DNA of 64,000 nucleotides from assembly GCA_963804975.1 (NCBI GenBank), contig CAWDSG010000002.1, forward strand, positions 53,554-117,553. The letters run 5' to 3'. The position numbers were made by a program, and so were the translations under genes. Under the pieces are notes generated by a model. That model ran no database searches, was not told where the DNA came from, and saw nothing but the letters and a program-made list of their open reading frames with translations. Origin of the DNA: an uncultured bacterium. Lineage in GTDB: Bacteria; Patescibacteriota; Minisyncoccia; Phycocordibacterales; GWA1-40-21. Of the stretch, positions 18,523 through 28,831 are shown one piece after another (position 1 is the first letter of the stretch; every line of letters begins with the position of its first letter).

Positions 18523-18761
18523 TCCAATGCATCTTCATCATCTTCAGCTTCAAGAAGTGCTTCTTCCTCAAGAAGAGGGTCTACCACAAGCGGATCCACA
18601 ACCGGAACAACTGGTTCTTCAAAAGCATCAAGCACGCCATCGGACAGAGTTCCGATATCTTTGATTTCTTCTTCGCTTTTCATTTCTTTTTCTGCAGGTA
18701 CAACTTTCTTTACGTCCTTTGTTTTTTCGGATTTTGTATTTTTTTTATCTTTAGTTTTCAT
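18501..18761 (-). CDS. Small hypothetical protein, basic N-terminus and acidic C-terminus
   Basis: 86-aa ORF with strongly biased composition. Confidence 0.55.
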   Translation of the reverse strand: MKTKDKKNTKSEKTKDVKKVVPAEKEMKSEEEIKDIGTLSDGVLDAFEEPVVPVVDPLVVDPLLEEEALLEAEDDEDALDYNPAEW

Positions 18762-18840
18762 CCCCGATAAATTTAATCACTCTTTTTGAGCTAATGTTGA
18801 TATTTTCCAAAATTATAGGAAAAAAGCAAATAGGCGGAAC

Positions 18841-18849
18841 TGTGGATAA
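18841..18849 (-). promoter_or_regulatory. Perfect DnaA box
   Basis: TGTGGATAA (TTATCCACA) in intergenic DNA; function untested. Confidence 0.35.
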
Positions 18850-18865
18850 CTAATGGCTAGAATTA

Positions 18866-19396
18866 TTATTCGGCATTAGTATAAATATCCTGCACTTCCT
18901 CGTTGTTTTCCAAATCATCTATGAGTTTTTCAAGTTTTGCCGCATCTTCATCAGACAGCAGAATAGTTGTCTTCGGTACCCAGCCGTCAATTGTTTTCTC
19001 AAATGCCCACGATGCGCTTCCTTGGGCCGCAAGAGAGGCGCCGTTTTCGGACAAAATATGCTTCACTTCCGCAGCAGCTTTATTCCTGTTTGTGGTCAAA
19101 ACATCAATAATAATAGCCGCTCCGCCCGGACCGTATGCTTCATAAACATTTTGCTCCATATCTTCAGCATCAGCACCCATGGCTTTTTTAACAGCCCTTT
19201 CAATGTTGTCGCTGGGCATATTTACCGACTTGGCTTTTTCAATGGCCGCTCGGAGTCCAGGCGAGGAAAGGTCTCCTTTGGCTTTCTTTGCTTCAATCTG
19301 AATTGCTTTTGCCATCTTGCCGAAAAGCGCGCTTTTTTGGGCATCGGTTTTTTCCTTCAATCTTTTTATTTTTGAAAATTTATTGTGTCCGCTCAT
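18866..19396 (-). CDS. yebC: YebC/PmpR family protein (short form)
   Basis: MSGHNKFSKIK, NMPSDNIERA, YEAYGPGG, VQDIYTN. Confidence 0.93.
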   Translation of the reverse strand: MSGHNKFSKIKRLKEKTDAQKSALFGKMAKAIQIEAKKAKGDLSSPGLRAAIEKAKSVNMPSDNIERAVKKAMGADAEDMEQNVYEAYGPGGAAIIIDVLTTNRNKAAAEVKHILSENGASLAAQGSASWAFEKTIDGWVPKTTILLSDEDAAKLEKLIDDLENNEEVQDIYTNAE

Positions 19397-19405
19397 AAAT
19401 TATAA

Positions 19406-20446
19406 TTACAAAAGTTTATTTTTACTTTTTATATTCAAATGTTTTCTCGCTCTGTCTGTAATTACTCGGCCTTTCGGAGTTCTTTCTATAAATCCAAGCT
19501 GCAGTAGATACGGCTCATAAACATCTTCTATGGTAGCCTGCTCTTCCGAGAGCGAAGCGGCTAGGGTATTGAGCCCCACGGGGCCGCCGTTGAATTTTTC
19601 CTCTATGATTTTAAGCACAGCCCTGTCCTCCGGATTAAGTCCGACTTCATCAATTGCAAGCATATCAAGAGCTTCTTTTACCAATTTATTTGTAAGCTTC
19701 TGTTTTCTTATTTGAGCCAGATCGCGTCCTCTTTTAAGCAAGTAATTGGCAGTTCTTGGCGTAGAGCGGCTTCTTTTTGCAATCTCTTTTTTGGCTTCGG
19801 AATCAATTTCAACACCGAGTATCTTTGCCGATCTTTCAATAATTTTTTCTATCTCTTCGGGCGAATAAAATTCAAGCTTATAAACACCGCCGGAAAAACG
19901 GGAACGGAGCGGAGCGGAAAGCATTGCTATTCTTGTCGTGGCCGCGATCAAAGTAAAAGGAGGAAGCTCAAGTTGAATGGTGCGAGCGGACGGGCCTTTG
20001 CCGATAATAATATCAAGCGAGCCGTTTTCCATGGCAGGGTAGAGAACTTCCTCAATAGTTTTGTTTAAGCGATGAATTTCGTCTATAAAAAGAATATCGC
20101 CGGGCGTTAGGTTTGTGAGTATTGCGGCAAGATCACCGACTTTTTCAATCGCCGGACCGGAAGTTGATTTTATTTGGGCGCGGGTTTCTTTTGCAATCAA
20201 GTTTGCCAGAGTTGTTTTCCCGAGACCCGGAGGGCCATAGAAAAGCAAATGTTCCGGCGGATGCTTCCTTTCCGCGGCGGCTTTCAGCAAAATTTGCAGA
20301 TTATCTTTGATGTTTTTCTGCCCGATGTATTCGTTCCAAGTGCTTGGCCTAAGTGTCTGGTCAAGAAACTTAACGTCACTGTTTGCGTGGCTTAAATTAT
20401 TATTATTTTCGGAACTGGGAGTTTTTTTGCCGTTTTTTCTTGACAT
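19406..20446 (-). CDS. ruvB: Holliday junction branch migration helicase RuvB
   Basis: LRP...YIGQ, GPPGLGKTTLA, FIDEIHRL, YEPYLLQ, RTPKGR. Confidence 0.97.
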   Translation of the reverse strand: MSRKNGKKTPSSENNNNLSHANSDVKFLDQTLRPSTWNEYIGQKNIKDNLQILLKAAAERKHPPEHLLFYGPPGLGKTTLANLIAKETRAQIKSTSGPAIEKVGDLAAILTNLTPGDILFIDEIHRLNKTIEEVLYPAMENGSLDIIIGKGPSARTIQLELPPFTLIAATTRIAMLSAPLRSRFSGGVYKLEFYSPEEIEKIIERSAKILGVEIDSEAKKEIAKRSRSTPRTANYLLKRGRDLAQIRKQKLTNKLVKEALDMLAIDEVGLNPEDRAVLKIIEEKFNGGPVGLNTLAASLSEEQATIEDVYEPYLLQLGFIERTPKGRVITDRARKHLNIKSKNKLL

Positions 20447-20781
20447 AATATTTTTTTATGCTATACTTCTACAAGAGCTCATGAACGGGGCTTTTTATTT
20501 TTTCAACGAGTTTTTTAACAGGTTCTGAATATGAATCTCTAAACAATTATTCTCGCAAGAGGTTACGAGTTTTTCTTCAAGGACGTTTTGGTTTATTTCT
20601 TCGGAAATATTGCTGAAGTTATCCTTAAAGGCTAATTTAACTTTTTACCGCCAGGTTTAAAGTATTGTTTAGAGATTTATGTTTTGAACCTTTCCCGATA
20701 ATTTTTTTCGGGCGAATCTCCATATTTTTATACTATATCGTCAAAAAACTTTTGCAAGCCCTGCAAATTCTTAAAACACAC

Positions 20782-22464
20782 TTAATTTTCCGTTTCAAGG
20801 TCTATAACAGAACCAAGTTCTTCCAAAGTGCTTATGCCACGGAGCACTTTGAGCACTCCATCCTGCTTCATATCCAAAATATTCTGAGACCTGGCGGCTT
20901 CTTTTATTTCCCTGTCGCTTGAGTTGGCCATAATAACTTTTTCCATTTCTTTTGTTGAAATTATGGCTTCGACTATGGCTATCCTGCCTTTATAGCCGGT
21001 ATCGTTGCATTTGTCGCAGCCGACAGCCTGCCAGATTTTTTTCGTCTGAACGCCGAGAAGATATGTTTTGTCGCTTATGCTTTCCAATACTTTCTTTATA
21101 ATATTTTTTTCTTTCTCATCTGGACTTTTTTCCTTCCTGCAATAAACGCAAAGCTTCCTCAACAATCTTTGCGCCATGGAAACATTCAAAGCCGAAGGGA
21201 TTGTCTTAGGATTTACTTTCAGATCTATAAGCCGAGGAAAAGCGCCGGCGGCGGAATTCGTATGCAGGGTGGAAAATACCAAATGTCCCGTAAGCGCGGC
21301 TTGAATGGCAGTGCCGGCGGTTTCCGCATCGCGAATTTCTCCGACCATTATCACATCCGGATCTTGTCTCATGGCGGCGCGAAGCCCCGAAAGAAACGTA
21401 TATCCTTTGTCTTCCTCAACCTGGGTTTGGACAATTCCGCCCAAATGATATTCAATTGGATCTTCGATGGTGATGATTTTTATATCAGGACTATAGATTT
21501 TTTTCATAAAAGCATAAAGCGTCGTGGTTTTTCCGCTTCCGGTCGGTCCGGTGATGAGAAGCATTCCGTTCGGCCTGCTTATCTCTCGTATAAGTATATC
21601 CAAAGTTCTCTTTTCTATGCCAAGCTCCTCAAGAGGCACTGCTATGGATTTTGGATTCAGCAATCTCATCACGATTGATTCGTTGTAGGCGCCGGGCAGT
21701 ATGGATGTCCTGATTTCAATCTCGCTGCCTTTGATCTTGATGCTGAAACGGCCGTCCTGCGCTTCGTCTTTGATGTTCAGCTTCATTCCGGAAAGCAACT
21801 TAATCCTTGAAAGCAATAAAGAATATGTAGCGCCGTCAAATTGGTATGTATCTATAAGGACGCCGTCTATCCTGAATCTTACTCTGACAGAATCTTCCTG
21901 AGGTTCTATGTGCACATCGGATGCGCCGAGAGCAAGCGCGCCGGCAAGAATAATTTCCATGATTTTTGAAATGCGGTACGTCTGCTTCACGCCCAAAAGA
22001 TCATCCATCAATTTCTTGATGTCTTTTATATGCGTGACTTTTTCCATAAGCATCACGACTTGGTCGCTTGAAATATCAAAAGTGCCCGCCACGCTTTCCG
22101 ATGAATATGACAGATCTTTGTATCTTTCCCATGCTTTTTCCAAACTTTTTTTGGATGCCATGAAAACATTCGGGAAATAACCCTCATTTGAAAGGCGGTT
22201 CAATATGGAAATCGTTTTTTGGTTGTTAGGGGAAATAATGGCAACCTGAAGTTTTTTTCCGACCATATCAAAGATAGCGATATTTGATTGCCGCGCTTCT
22301 TCTTCGTTTACAAGCCGGAGCGCATCGCTGTTGACGCGGATCGGGCCGAGATCCAGATAATTATAGCCATATCGCGAAGCCAGAATTTTCACGACATCCT
22401 CTTCCTCGTTTTTGCGCATTTCTTCCTCGCGTTTTTTTTCCTTTGTCTCGTCAAAGTCCACCAT
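20782..22464 (-). CDS. Type IV pilus / type II secretion ATPase (PilB/GspE family), copy 1
   Basis: ASDVHIEP, GPTGSGKTTTL, EDPIEY, RQDPDVIMVGEIRD, CxxC pairs. Confidence 0.93.
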   Translation of the reverse strand: MVDFDETKEKKREEEMRKNEEEDVVKILASRYGYNYLDLGPIRVNSDALRLVNEEEARQSNIAIFDMVGKKLQVAIISPNNQKTISILNRLSNEGYFPNVFMASKKSLEKAWERYKDLSYSSESVAGTFDISSDQVVMLMEKVTHIKDIKKLMDDLLGVKQTYRISKIMEIILAGALALGASDVHIEPQEDSVRVRFRIDGVLIDTYQFDGATYSLLLSRIKLLSGMKLNIKDEAQDGRFSIKIKGSEIEIRTSILPGAYNESIVMRLLNPKSIAVPLEELGIEKRTLDILIREISRPNGMLLITGPTGSGKTTTLYAFMKKIYSPDIKIITIEDPIEYHLGGIVQTQVEEDKGYTFLSGLRAAMRQDPDVIMVGEIRDAETAGTAIQAALTGHLVFSTLHTNSAAGAFPRLIDLKVNPKTIPSALNVSMAQRLLRKLCVYCRKEKSPDEKEKNIIKKVLESISDKTYLLGVQTKKIWQAVGCDKCNDTGYKGRIAIVEAIISTKEMEKVIMANSSDREIKEAARSQNILDMKQDGVLKVLRGISTLEELGSVIDLETEN

Positions 22465-22605
22465 ATGGCACTATCATACCACAGGAAGCCGAAAAGCCAT
22501 ATTTAAAGCCATAATGAAGGGTGCAATAAGGGCGTATGGAAAAGTACTTGACTTTTTTCCAGTTTAGTATATAATAGCAACGTTAATAAATTTGATATAA
22601 AAAAT

Positions 22606-23724
22606 ATGAAAAACACAAATATTACAAATAAATATCTTTTGGCGATCGGAACTCTTTTGCTTATCGCTGTTTTTGCTGTAGGTTTGCCGATTGCGGTTTC
22701 AGCACAGGAATATACTGATGGAGGCGGCTACTATACCGATGGAGGAGGATATGATTACACTGATGGAGGCGGTTATGGCTATACCGATGGAGGGGGTTAT
22801 TATGAGACATCGCCTTCTGCTTATTATGTTTCAGGCGGAAGTTATTACGGTGGCGGCTATTATGGATATCCTTCTTACTATTCCGGTTCAACGGTCACTT
22901 CAGGAAGTTTTTCCGGAGGCAATACTTACAATGTAACTCCAACATATACTTATCTTACACCAACAGTTTCTTCAGGAAGCTTTAACGGCGGAAACGCATA
23001 CGGATATAATTATGGATATAACTACGGTGCGCTCAACGGTTCTTGCTCGGCCTCATTCAACACAGGCGTAACAAACGGTCCCATGGTTACTTGGACAGCG
23101 TCTGCTTCAGGCGGAAACGGCATATATAATTATTACTGGACGGGCGACGAAGGCCTTGTAGCTTCCGGCCAATATGTTTCAAAAACATATGTGACAAACG
23201 GCGTGAAGAACGCGTATCTTACGATCAGCTCCGGTGACGGACAGACAATCACAAGGACTTGTTCAGCCACTGTCGGGAATCAGGTTTTGGCTTACAGCGC
23301 GACAAACCCGACTTTGCAATCCATTTATTTGAGTGATGTTCCGGCTACCGGTGCGGGCGATGTTGCTAAAGTTATCGGATTTCTCTCAATGCTTTTGCTC
23401 TGGAGCGCTGGACTCTCATACATATTCTTGAAAAGAAAAGAAAAAATGGAAAATCCAATAGTTGCATCTGTTGCAGCATCGGATATGAAAGACAACGCAA
23501 ATTCATTGCAGAATTTCCAAATGGAAATCAGCTCGGACAAACAGGCGATAGAGTCCATAGAGACATACGCGAGAATGAACAAAGTGTTGCTTTCAAGTGA
23601 TGCGGTTATGGAACTTGCCAAGCTTTCAAGATTGAACAAAATCAATCCGAAAAATGCAATAAGGGAAATGAGCCAGAATCAATGGACAGCAGTGGGAGAA
23701 AAGGATTTGGCGAAATATCTCTAA
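22606..23724 (+). CDS. Surface protein with Y/G-rich repeats, PKD-like domain, VPATG + TM segment
   Basis: Signal peptide (AVSA), YTDGGGY x4, YLSDVPATG-TM-KRK. Confidence 0.7.
   Translation: MKNTNITNKYLLAIGTLLLIAVFAVGLPIAVSAQEYTDGGGYYTDGGGYDYTDGGGYGYTDGGGYYETSPSAYYVSGGSYYGGGYYGYPSYYSGSTVTSGSFSGGNTYNVTPTYTYLTPTVSSGSFNGGNAYGYNYGYNYGALNGSCSASFNTGVTNGPMVTWTASASGGNGIYNYYWTGDEGLVASGQYVSKTYVTNGVKNAYLTISSGDGQTITRTCSATVGNQVLAYSATNPTLQSIYLSDVPATGAGDVAKVIGFLSMLLLWSAGLSYIFLKRKEKMENPIVASVAASDMKDNANSLQNFQMEISSDKQAIESIETYARMNKVLLSSDAVMELAKLSRLNKINPKNAIREMSQNQWTAVGEKDLAKYL
22711..22800 (+). repeat. Coding tandem repeat YTDGGGY x4
   Basis: Four copies with synonymous divergence. Confidence 0.85.
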
Positions 23725-23809
23725 TTACAACTCCAAAAACAACAAAAAATCCCTAAAATAAGGGATTTTTTGTTGCATAAAACCTTTATTTTTAGCCCTT
23801 AATTTTGTA

Positions 23810-23837
23810 TTGACAAAAATCTATTATCGTGTATAAT
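23810..23837 (+). promoter_or_regulatory. Sigma70-type promoter
   Basis: TTGACA-16-TATAAT upstream of the 23908 ORF. Confidence 0.6.
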
Positions 23838-23907
23838 ATTCAGCAGCAGTACAGTAAGCGCAGAAGTTCATTGTTGTAAAATCTCATCTACCATAGGAGG
23901 TAGAAAG

Positions 23908-24588
23908 ATGGCAAAACAAACAAACGTTTTCAATTTAAGTGCAGAGCAGAAAAACGTAGTACGGTGGTTTGCTTTGGGGTTAGCTACGGTGTTGTTTTTG
24001 TTTTTGACCGCCGCTATTTTCATTCCTTCCACTGCCGGCATTGTTGCTTTAAAGGGATATTTTTTTCCTACCAAGAGCAATACGTTTTTCGCACCGGCGC
24101 CAGTTACTGGTAGCGGTAAGAATCAGCAAGCATCAAGGAGTATATCTCCGGCTGTTTCTCAACCACCGATCATTAGGCAAACAGGCCTTGTTAATCTTAC
24201 CAAGATTAATATCGGTGGGAAAAAAGAGTCAGTCGTTACTCATCGAAAAGTTTGCGACAAGAAACGCACTGAAACGCCCAAAGCTCAATTTCAACAAAGT
24301 GCTGACGTTGAAGTTCCGCCTCATACCGTTGATGTATATAACGGGAGCGGTGGATATGTGATGGTGTTCCGTTTGAATCCTGATAGGATGGAAATAGCAT
24401 CGTCGGGAGAGGAAGGTCTTGTGACAAAAGTGGCGGCCCGAGATCGTACCCTTGGTATGTGGCTCGAGTTCAAGGTTTCTGGAAAATCAGGTTATTATTC
24501 CAGACCTTACAATTTTGTCCATAACAAAAGCAGGACCCACTATGTTGTGAACGTGGGGACGAGAGATATAGCTGTTTCCGAGGACTAA
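23908..24588 (+). CDS. Orphan membrane-anchored protein
   Basis: AGGAGG SD, single TM, own promoter and terminator. Confidence 0.7.
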   Translation: MAKQTNVFNLSAEQKNVVRWFALGLATVLFLFLTAAIFIPSTAGIVALKGYFFPTKSNTFFAPAPVTGSGKNQQASRSISPAVSQPPIIRQTGLVNLTKINIGGKKESVVTHRKVCDKKRTETPKAQFQQSADVEVPPHTVDVYNGSGGYVMVFRLNPDRMEIASSGEEGLVTKVAARDRTLGMWLEFKVSGKSGYYSRPYNFVHNKSRTHYVVNVGTRDIAVSED

Positions 24589-24695
24589 AAATTCTCGGGA
24601 CAGAGAACGGGGTTTTCGAAAGGGAATCCCGTTTTTTTATTGGTGTGATTTCCGCTTTGCGGAAATCACGCCGATTTTTATGTTAAAATTGAATA

Positions 24696-25133
24696 ATGAT
24701 AATTGTAAGCAAAAGCTTAAAGGAGACCGAGAAAATAGCCGAGGATTTTATGAAAAAACTATCAGTAAGTTTTTTAGGCGAACAGGCGCTTATTGTCGGA
24801 CTTTACGGGGATCTGGGTTCCGGCAAAACAACTTTTACGCAAGCGGTCGGCAAGAATTTTGATGTCAAAGAAGATATAACAAGTCCGACTTTTGTGATTG
24901 AAAAAATTTATGATACGAAAGATAAGAATTTTAAAAAGCTTGTTCATATAGATGCATACCGCCTGGATTCGGGTAAAGAACTTCTGAAGCTTGATTGGCA
25001 GAAAATTGCTTCAGATCCGAAAAATATTATTTTTATAGAATGGCCGGAAAGAGTGAAGGATATTTTGCCGGAGAATCATCTGAAGATTAACTTTAAATTT
25101 TTGAGCGAGTTTGAGAGGGAAATTGAAATATAA
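24696..25133 (+). CDS. tsaE: tRNA threonylcarbamoyladenosine biosynthesis ATPase TsaE
   Basis: GDLGSGKTTF, SPTF, HIDAYRL, IEWPE. Confidence 0.95.
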   Translation: MIIVSKSLKETEKIAEDFMKKLSVSFLGEQALIVGLYGDLGSGKTTFTQAVGKNFDVKEDITSPTFVIEKIYDTKDKNFKKLVHIDAYRLDSGKELLKLDWQKIASDPKNIIFIEWPERVKDILPENHLKINFKFLSEFEREIEI

Positions 25134-25224
25134 AATGACAAAATTATATTTATGTGGTATTATGTAAAGCAGTAAGCTCGTTGTTGTTTCAAAAACCAAT
25201 CAATTGAAGTTCTAGGAGGTTAAA

Positions 25225-25716
25225 ATGGAAAGTAAAAGAATTAATTCTTCGGAATCTTCTCTTACTGCGGAACAAAGAGAAAAACAAAGACAAAAGGTAA
25301 TGGAATCTGCAGCACTTATGGCTTTACCTTTTTCGGACTTAGGTCCATCAGCACCGAAAACACCTATGGTGGCTTCGCGCTCACCGAGGAATATCAAAAG
25401 AACCATTGCCATTTTGATAGCAGTTCTAGCTGCTATCGGTGTGCTTGTCGGAATATCTATTCGGCAAGATCATTTTGTCAGAGTGGAGAATGGCTCTCTG
25501 GATAAAAAAATTCAATCTTTTTATTTGAAAAACGGACAAAAAGTTTATTTTTCTAAATCTAAACTTTCGTCCGGAGAGGGAGAGACATATCCCTGTAAAT
25601 CAACGAACGGATTCTTTTGGGTTGAAGTTACAGCAGAAGATGGAACTAAAAAAGATCTTCAGAAGAAATTTGATTTTGGCAAGGGGAATGCCTTCACATG
25701 GACAATCTTCAATTAG
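25225..25716 (+). CDS. Orphan single-TM protein
   Basis: AGGAGG SD, one TM helix, downstream terminator. Confidence 0.65.
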   Translation: MESKRINSSESSLTAEQREKQRQKVMESAALMALPFSDLGPSAPKTPMVASRSPRNIKRTIAILIAVLAAIGVLVGISIRQDHFVRVENGSLDKKIQSFYLKNGQKVYFSKSKLSSGEGETYPCKSTNGFFWVEVTAEDGTKKDLQKKFDFGKGNAFTWTIFN

Positions 25717-25847
25717 CGAAAATCCGAAGTTTGCAAAGTAGGCAAGTTTTTAAAAGCTTGCCTATTTTTTATGCTAAAATTCATATGCTATTCAAAGTTT
25801 TACATTTTTTAATTTTAAAGTGCGCTATAATATAATCATTGTTCCAA

Positions 25848-28331
25848 ATGAAAGAAAAAGCAAAACAAACAAAAAAAACCCTAGTTCTCTTAGACGTTCA
25901 CGCGATCATTCATCGCGCCTATCATGCGCTGCCCGAGTTTGCCACAAGCAAGGGAGAGCCGACGGGCGCGCTTTACGGGCTTTCCACGATGCTTCTGAAA
26001 ATCATAAACGATTTGAAACCGGATTATATTATTGCCTGCTACGACCTGCCGAAGCCGACTTTCCGCCACGAAGCTTATAAGGAATACAAAGCCGGTAGGG
26101 CAAAAGCGGATGAGGATCTCGTTTCACAATTAAAAAGATCTTACGATATTTTCAACGCATTCAATATCCCGATTTATTCAAAAGAAGGATATGAGGCGGA
26201 CGATGTTATAGGCACAATAGTAGAGAAAACAAAAAAAGAAAAAGATTTAAATACAGTAATTGCTTCCGGAGATATGGACACTCTTCAGCTTGTGGACGGC
26301 GACAAGGTCAGAGTTTATACCTTGAAAAAAGGAATCAAAGATACGATTATTTATAACGAAAGAGCCGTGATGGAAAGATTCGGTTTTTCTCCTGAACTTT
26401 TGGCGGATTACAAAGGGCTTTGCGGAGACCAATCGGATAATATCATCGGCATAAAAGGCATTGGAGAAAAAACAGCAACCGAGCTTATCCAGAAATTCGG
26501 TTCTATTGAAGATATTTATAAAAAACTGAAAAAAGATCCTAAGCAGTTTGAAAAAGCCGGAATAAAAGAAAGAATTATCGGGCTTTTGAAAGAAGGCGAG
26601 GAAGAGGCGAAATTTTCAAAAATGCTCGGCACTGTAAACAGAAATACGCCGATAGATTTTAGAATTCCGGGAAAAACCTGGAAAGAAAGTGCGGATATTG
26701 AAAAAATCACTTCGGTATGGAGCGATTTGGAATTCAGGACTTTAGGCCAGAGATTGAAAGATACGATAAGCGGAAAACCAAAGCACGAAAATTTGCCCGA
26801 GCATAAAGAAAAAACAGAAAAATCCGGAGCAAAAAGAACAGAAATAAAAACAGGATTATTTGCGAGCGAAGAAGACGGACAAAAATTCAGGGAGCTTGCC
26901 GTGATGCTCTGGCTCATCAATTCGAATATAACGAGCCCGACCGAGGAAGACATATTTAATTTTACGAAAGCCAAAAATTTGGCCGAAGCGGAAAAAATCC
27001 TGCTTGAAGAAATGAAAAAAAGGGAACTTATGAAGGTTTGGCTGACGATAGAAAAGCCGCTTATTCCGGTAATCGAAAAAATGCAAGAATTCGGAGTTAA
27101 AATCGACAAAAAAGAGCTGGCGACTTTGTCAAAAAATTATCATGAAAAATTATCGGCTCTTGAGAAAAAAATATGGAAACTTGCAGGAGGAGAATTTAAT
27201 GTAAACTCTCCAAAACAGCTTGGAGAAATACTTTTTACGCGGCTTGGCCTAAAACCCAAGAATCAAAAGAAAACCGGCTCGGGCGCAATGTCTACAAAAG
27301 AATCGGAGCTTGAAAAAATGCGCGAAATGCATCCGATAATTGATCTTGTAATCGAACACCGGGAATTTCAGAAGCTTCTTTCCACATATATAGATGTCAT
27401 TCCGGATCTGCTTGATAACAATGACAGATTGCACGCGAAATTCTTGCAGGCCGGAACGACCACGGGAAGAATGGCCTCGTCAAATCCGAATCTTCAGAAT
27501 ATTCCGAACGAAAGCGAGCTCGGTAGGAATATAAGAGCGGCTTTTATTGCAGATCCGGGCAAAAAACTTTTGGCGTTTGATTATTCGCAGATAGAACTTC
27601 GAATCGCAGCTTTTCTTTCCGGCGATAAAAAAATGATTGAAATTTTTAAAAATGAAAAAGATATTCACACAGCAGTTGCCGCGGAGGTTTTCAATGTTCC
27701 GCTCGATAGGGTGGACAAGGAAATGAGGCGAAGGGCGAAAGTCATAAATTTCGGAATAATGTATGGAATGGGCGTGAACGCCCTGCGCGTAAATCTAAGT
27801 TCTGTTCCGACTCTGATAACGGAAGCCCGTCCCGGCTATGCCGGAATCGTCAGCAGGGAAGAAGCGCAGAAATATCTGAACGCATATTTTGAAAAATTTT
27901 CCGGTTTGGCAAAGTTCTTGGAGAACGTAAAAATTGAAGCGAAAGAAAAAGGATATACGCAAACTCTTTTCGGCAGAAGAAGGTATTTTGAAGGACTGCG
28001 TTCCAAAGTGCCTTTTATAAAAGCGATGACGGAAAGAATGGCGGTGAATGCGCCGATGCAGGGCACCGAAGCGGATTTCATAAAACTTGCTATGGTAAAA
28101 ATAGACGAATTCTTGGTCAAAGAAAAATTGGATGAAAAAGTCAGATTGATGCTTCAAGTCCACGATGAGCTTGTTTATGAAGCGGACGAAAAACTTGTCC
28201 GCGAGATTGATCCGAAAATAAAAAATATAATGGAAACACTTGTGCCAAAAACCGAGACGAAAGGTATTGTAATGAAAGCCGACGCTTCAGTCGGGGAAAA
28301 TTGGAAGGAGATGAAGAAAATAAATAGCTAG
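25848..28331 (+). CDS. polA: DNA polymerase I
   Basis: 5'-3' exonuclease (YEADDVIG, SGDMD), TGRMASSNPNLQNIP, DYSQIELR, QVHDEL. Confidence 0.97.
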   Translation: MKEKAKQTKKTLVLLDVHAIIHRAYHALPEFATSKGEPTGALYGLSTMLLKIINDLKPDYIIACYDLPKPTFRHEAYKEYKAGRAKADEDLVSQLKRSYDIFNAFNIPIYSKEGYEADDVIGTIVEKTKKEKDLNTVIASGDMDTLQLVDGDKVRVYTLKKGIKDTIIYNERAVMERFGFSPELLADYKGLCGDQSDNIIGIKGIGEKTATELIQKFGSIEDIYKKLKKDPKQFEKAGIKERIIGLLKEGEEEAKFSKMLGTVNRNTPIDFRIPGKTWKESADIEKITSVWSDLEFRTLGQRLKDTISGKPKHENLPEHKEKTEKSGAKRTEIKTGLFASEEDGQKFRELAVMLWLINSNITSPTEEDIFNFTKAKNLAEAEKILLEEMKKRELMKVWLTIEKPLIPVIEKMQEFGVKIDKKELATLSKNYHEKLSALEKKIWKLAGGEFNVNSPKQLGEILFTRLGLKPKNQKKTGSGAMSTKESELEKMREMHPIIDLVIEHREFQKLLSTYIDVIPDLLDNNDRLHAKFLQAGTTTGRMASSNPNLQNIPNESELGRNIRAAFIADPGKKLLAFDYSQIELRIAAFLSGDKKMIEIFKNEKDIHTAVAAEVFNVPLDRVDKEMRRRAKVINFGIMYGMGVNALRVNLSSVPTLITEARPGYAGIVSREEAQKYLNAYFEKFSGLAKFLENVKIEAKEKGYTQTLFGRRRYFEGLRSKVPFIKAMTERMAVNAPMQGTEADFIKLAMVKIDEFLVKEKLDEKVRLMLQVHDELVYEADEKLVREIDPKIKNIMETLVPKTETKGIVMKADASVGENWKEMKKINS

Positions 28332-28461
28332 ATTCTATAAATACTAAATTAATTGAACTATTACGTTTGTTTACAAAAAATTATTTAGTGATAGTATCAA
28401 TTCAAACGTTCACTATCATTACAAAAACAAAACCTTAATATCCAAACTATAGGAGGATCAA

Positions 28462-28758
28462 ATGGCAGAAATTGATGATGAACAGGAAGAAGAGACGTCT
28501 GATTACGAAGATGAAATTTATGAAGAAGAAACCGTGTTTATTATGAGGGGATGGACTCCAAAATTAATAAACACTTACTATTGTAAAAGATGTAAGGATG
28601 CCGGAATTGAACATAAAGTTATTGATATTCCAGGACCGATAACTGATGATGAATGTGATTTTGGTCCGGGACTTCCTACTACCATGCGTCACTGCACTGG
28701 ATGTAGCGCAGAAGATGGTCCATGGGTAAGTGCGGAGTTGGTAGGATGTTGGGATTGA
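28462..28758 (+). CDS. Orphan acidic Zn-ribbon-like protein
   Basis: AGGAGG SD, D/E-rich N-terminus, CKRC...CTGC. Confidence 0.6.
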   Translation: MAEIDDEQEEETSDYEDEIYEEETVFIMRGWTPKLINTYYCKRCKDAGIEHKVIDIPGPITDDECDFGPGLPTTMRHCTGCSAEDGPWVSAELVGCWD

Positions 28759-28831
28759 TGAGAAATTATTCGCAAAAGTTTTTTGTGAGTGATCGACCAA
28801 CTTTGTGCGAAAGCCAAGGTTGGTCGATTTT

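Noticed and set aside
20496-20723. Frameshifted small gene on the minus strand (MEIRPKK...)
   Set aside because: Needs an unsupported frameshift and resembles nothing, including RuvA; the inverted-repeat structure explains the region better
22711-22800. Repeats as a CRISPR array
   Set aside because: Coding repeats with synonymous variation and no spacers; no CRISPR array seen in the window
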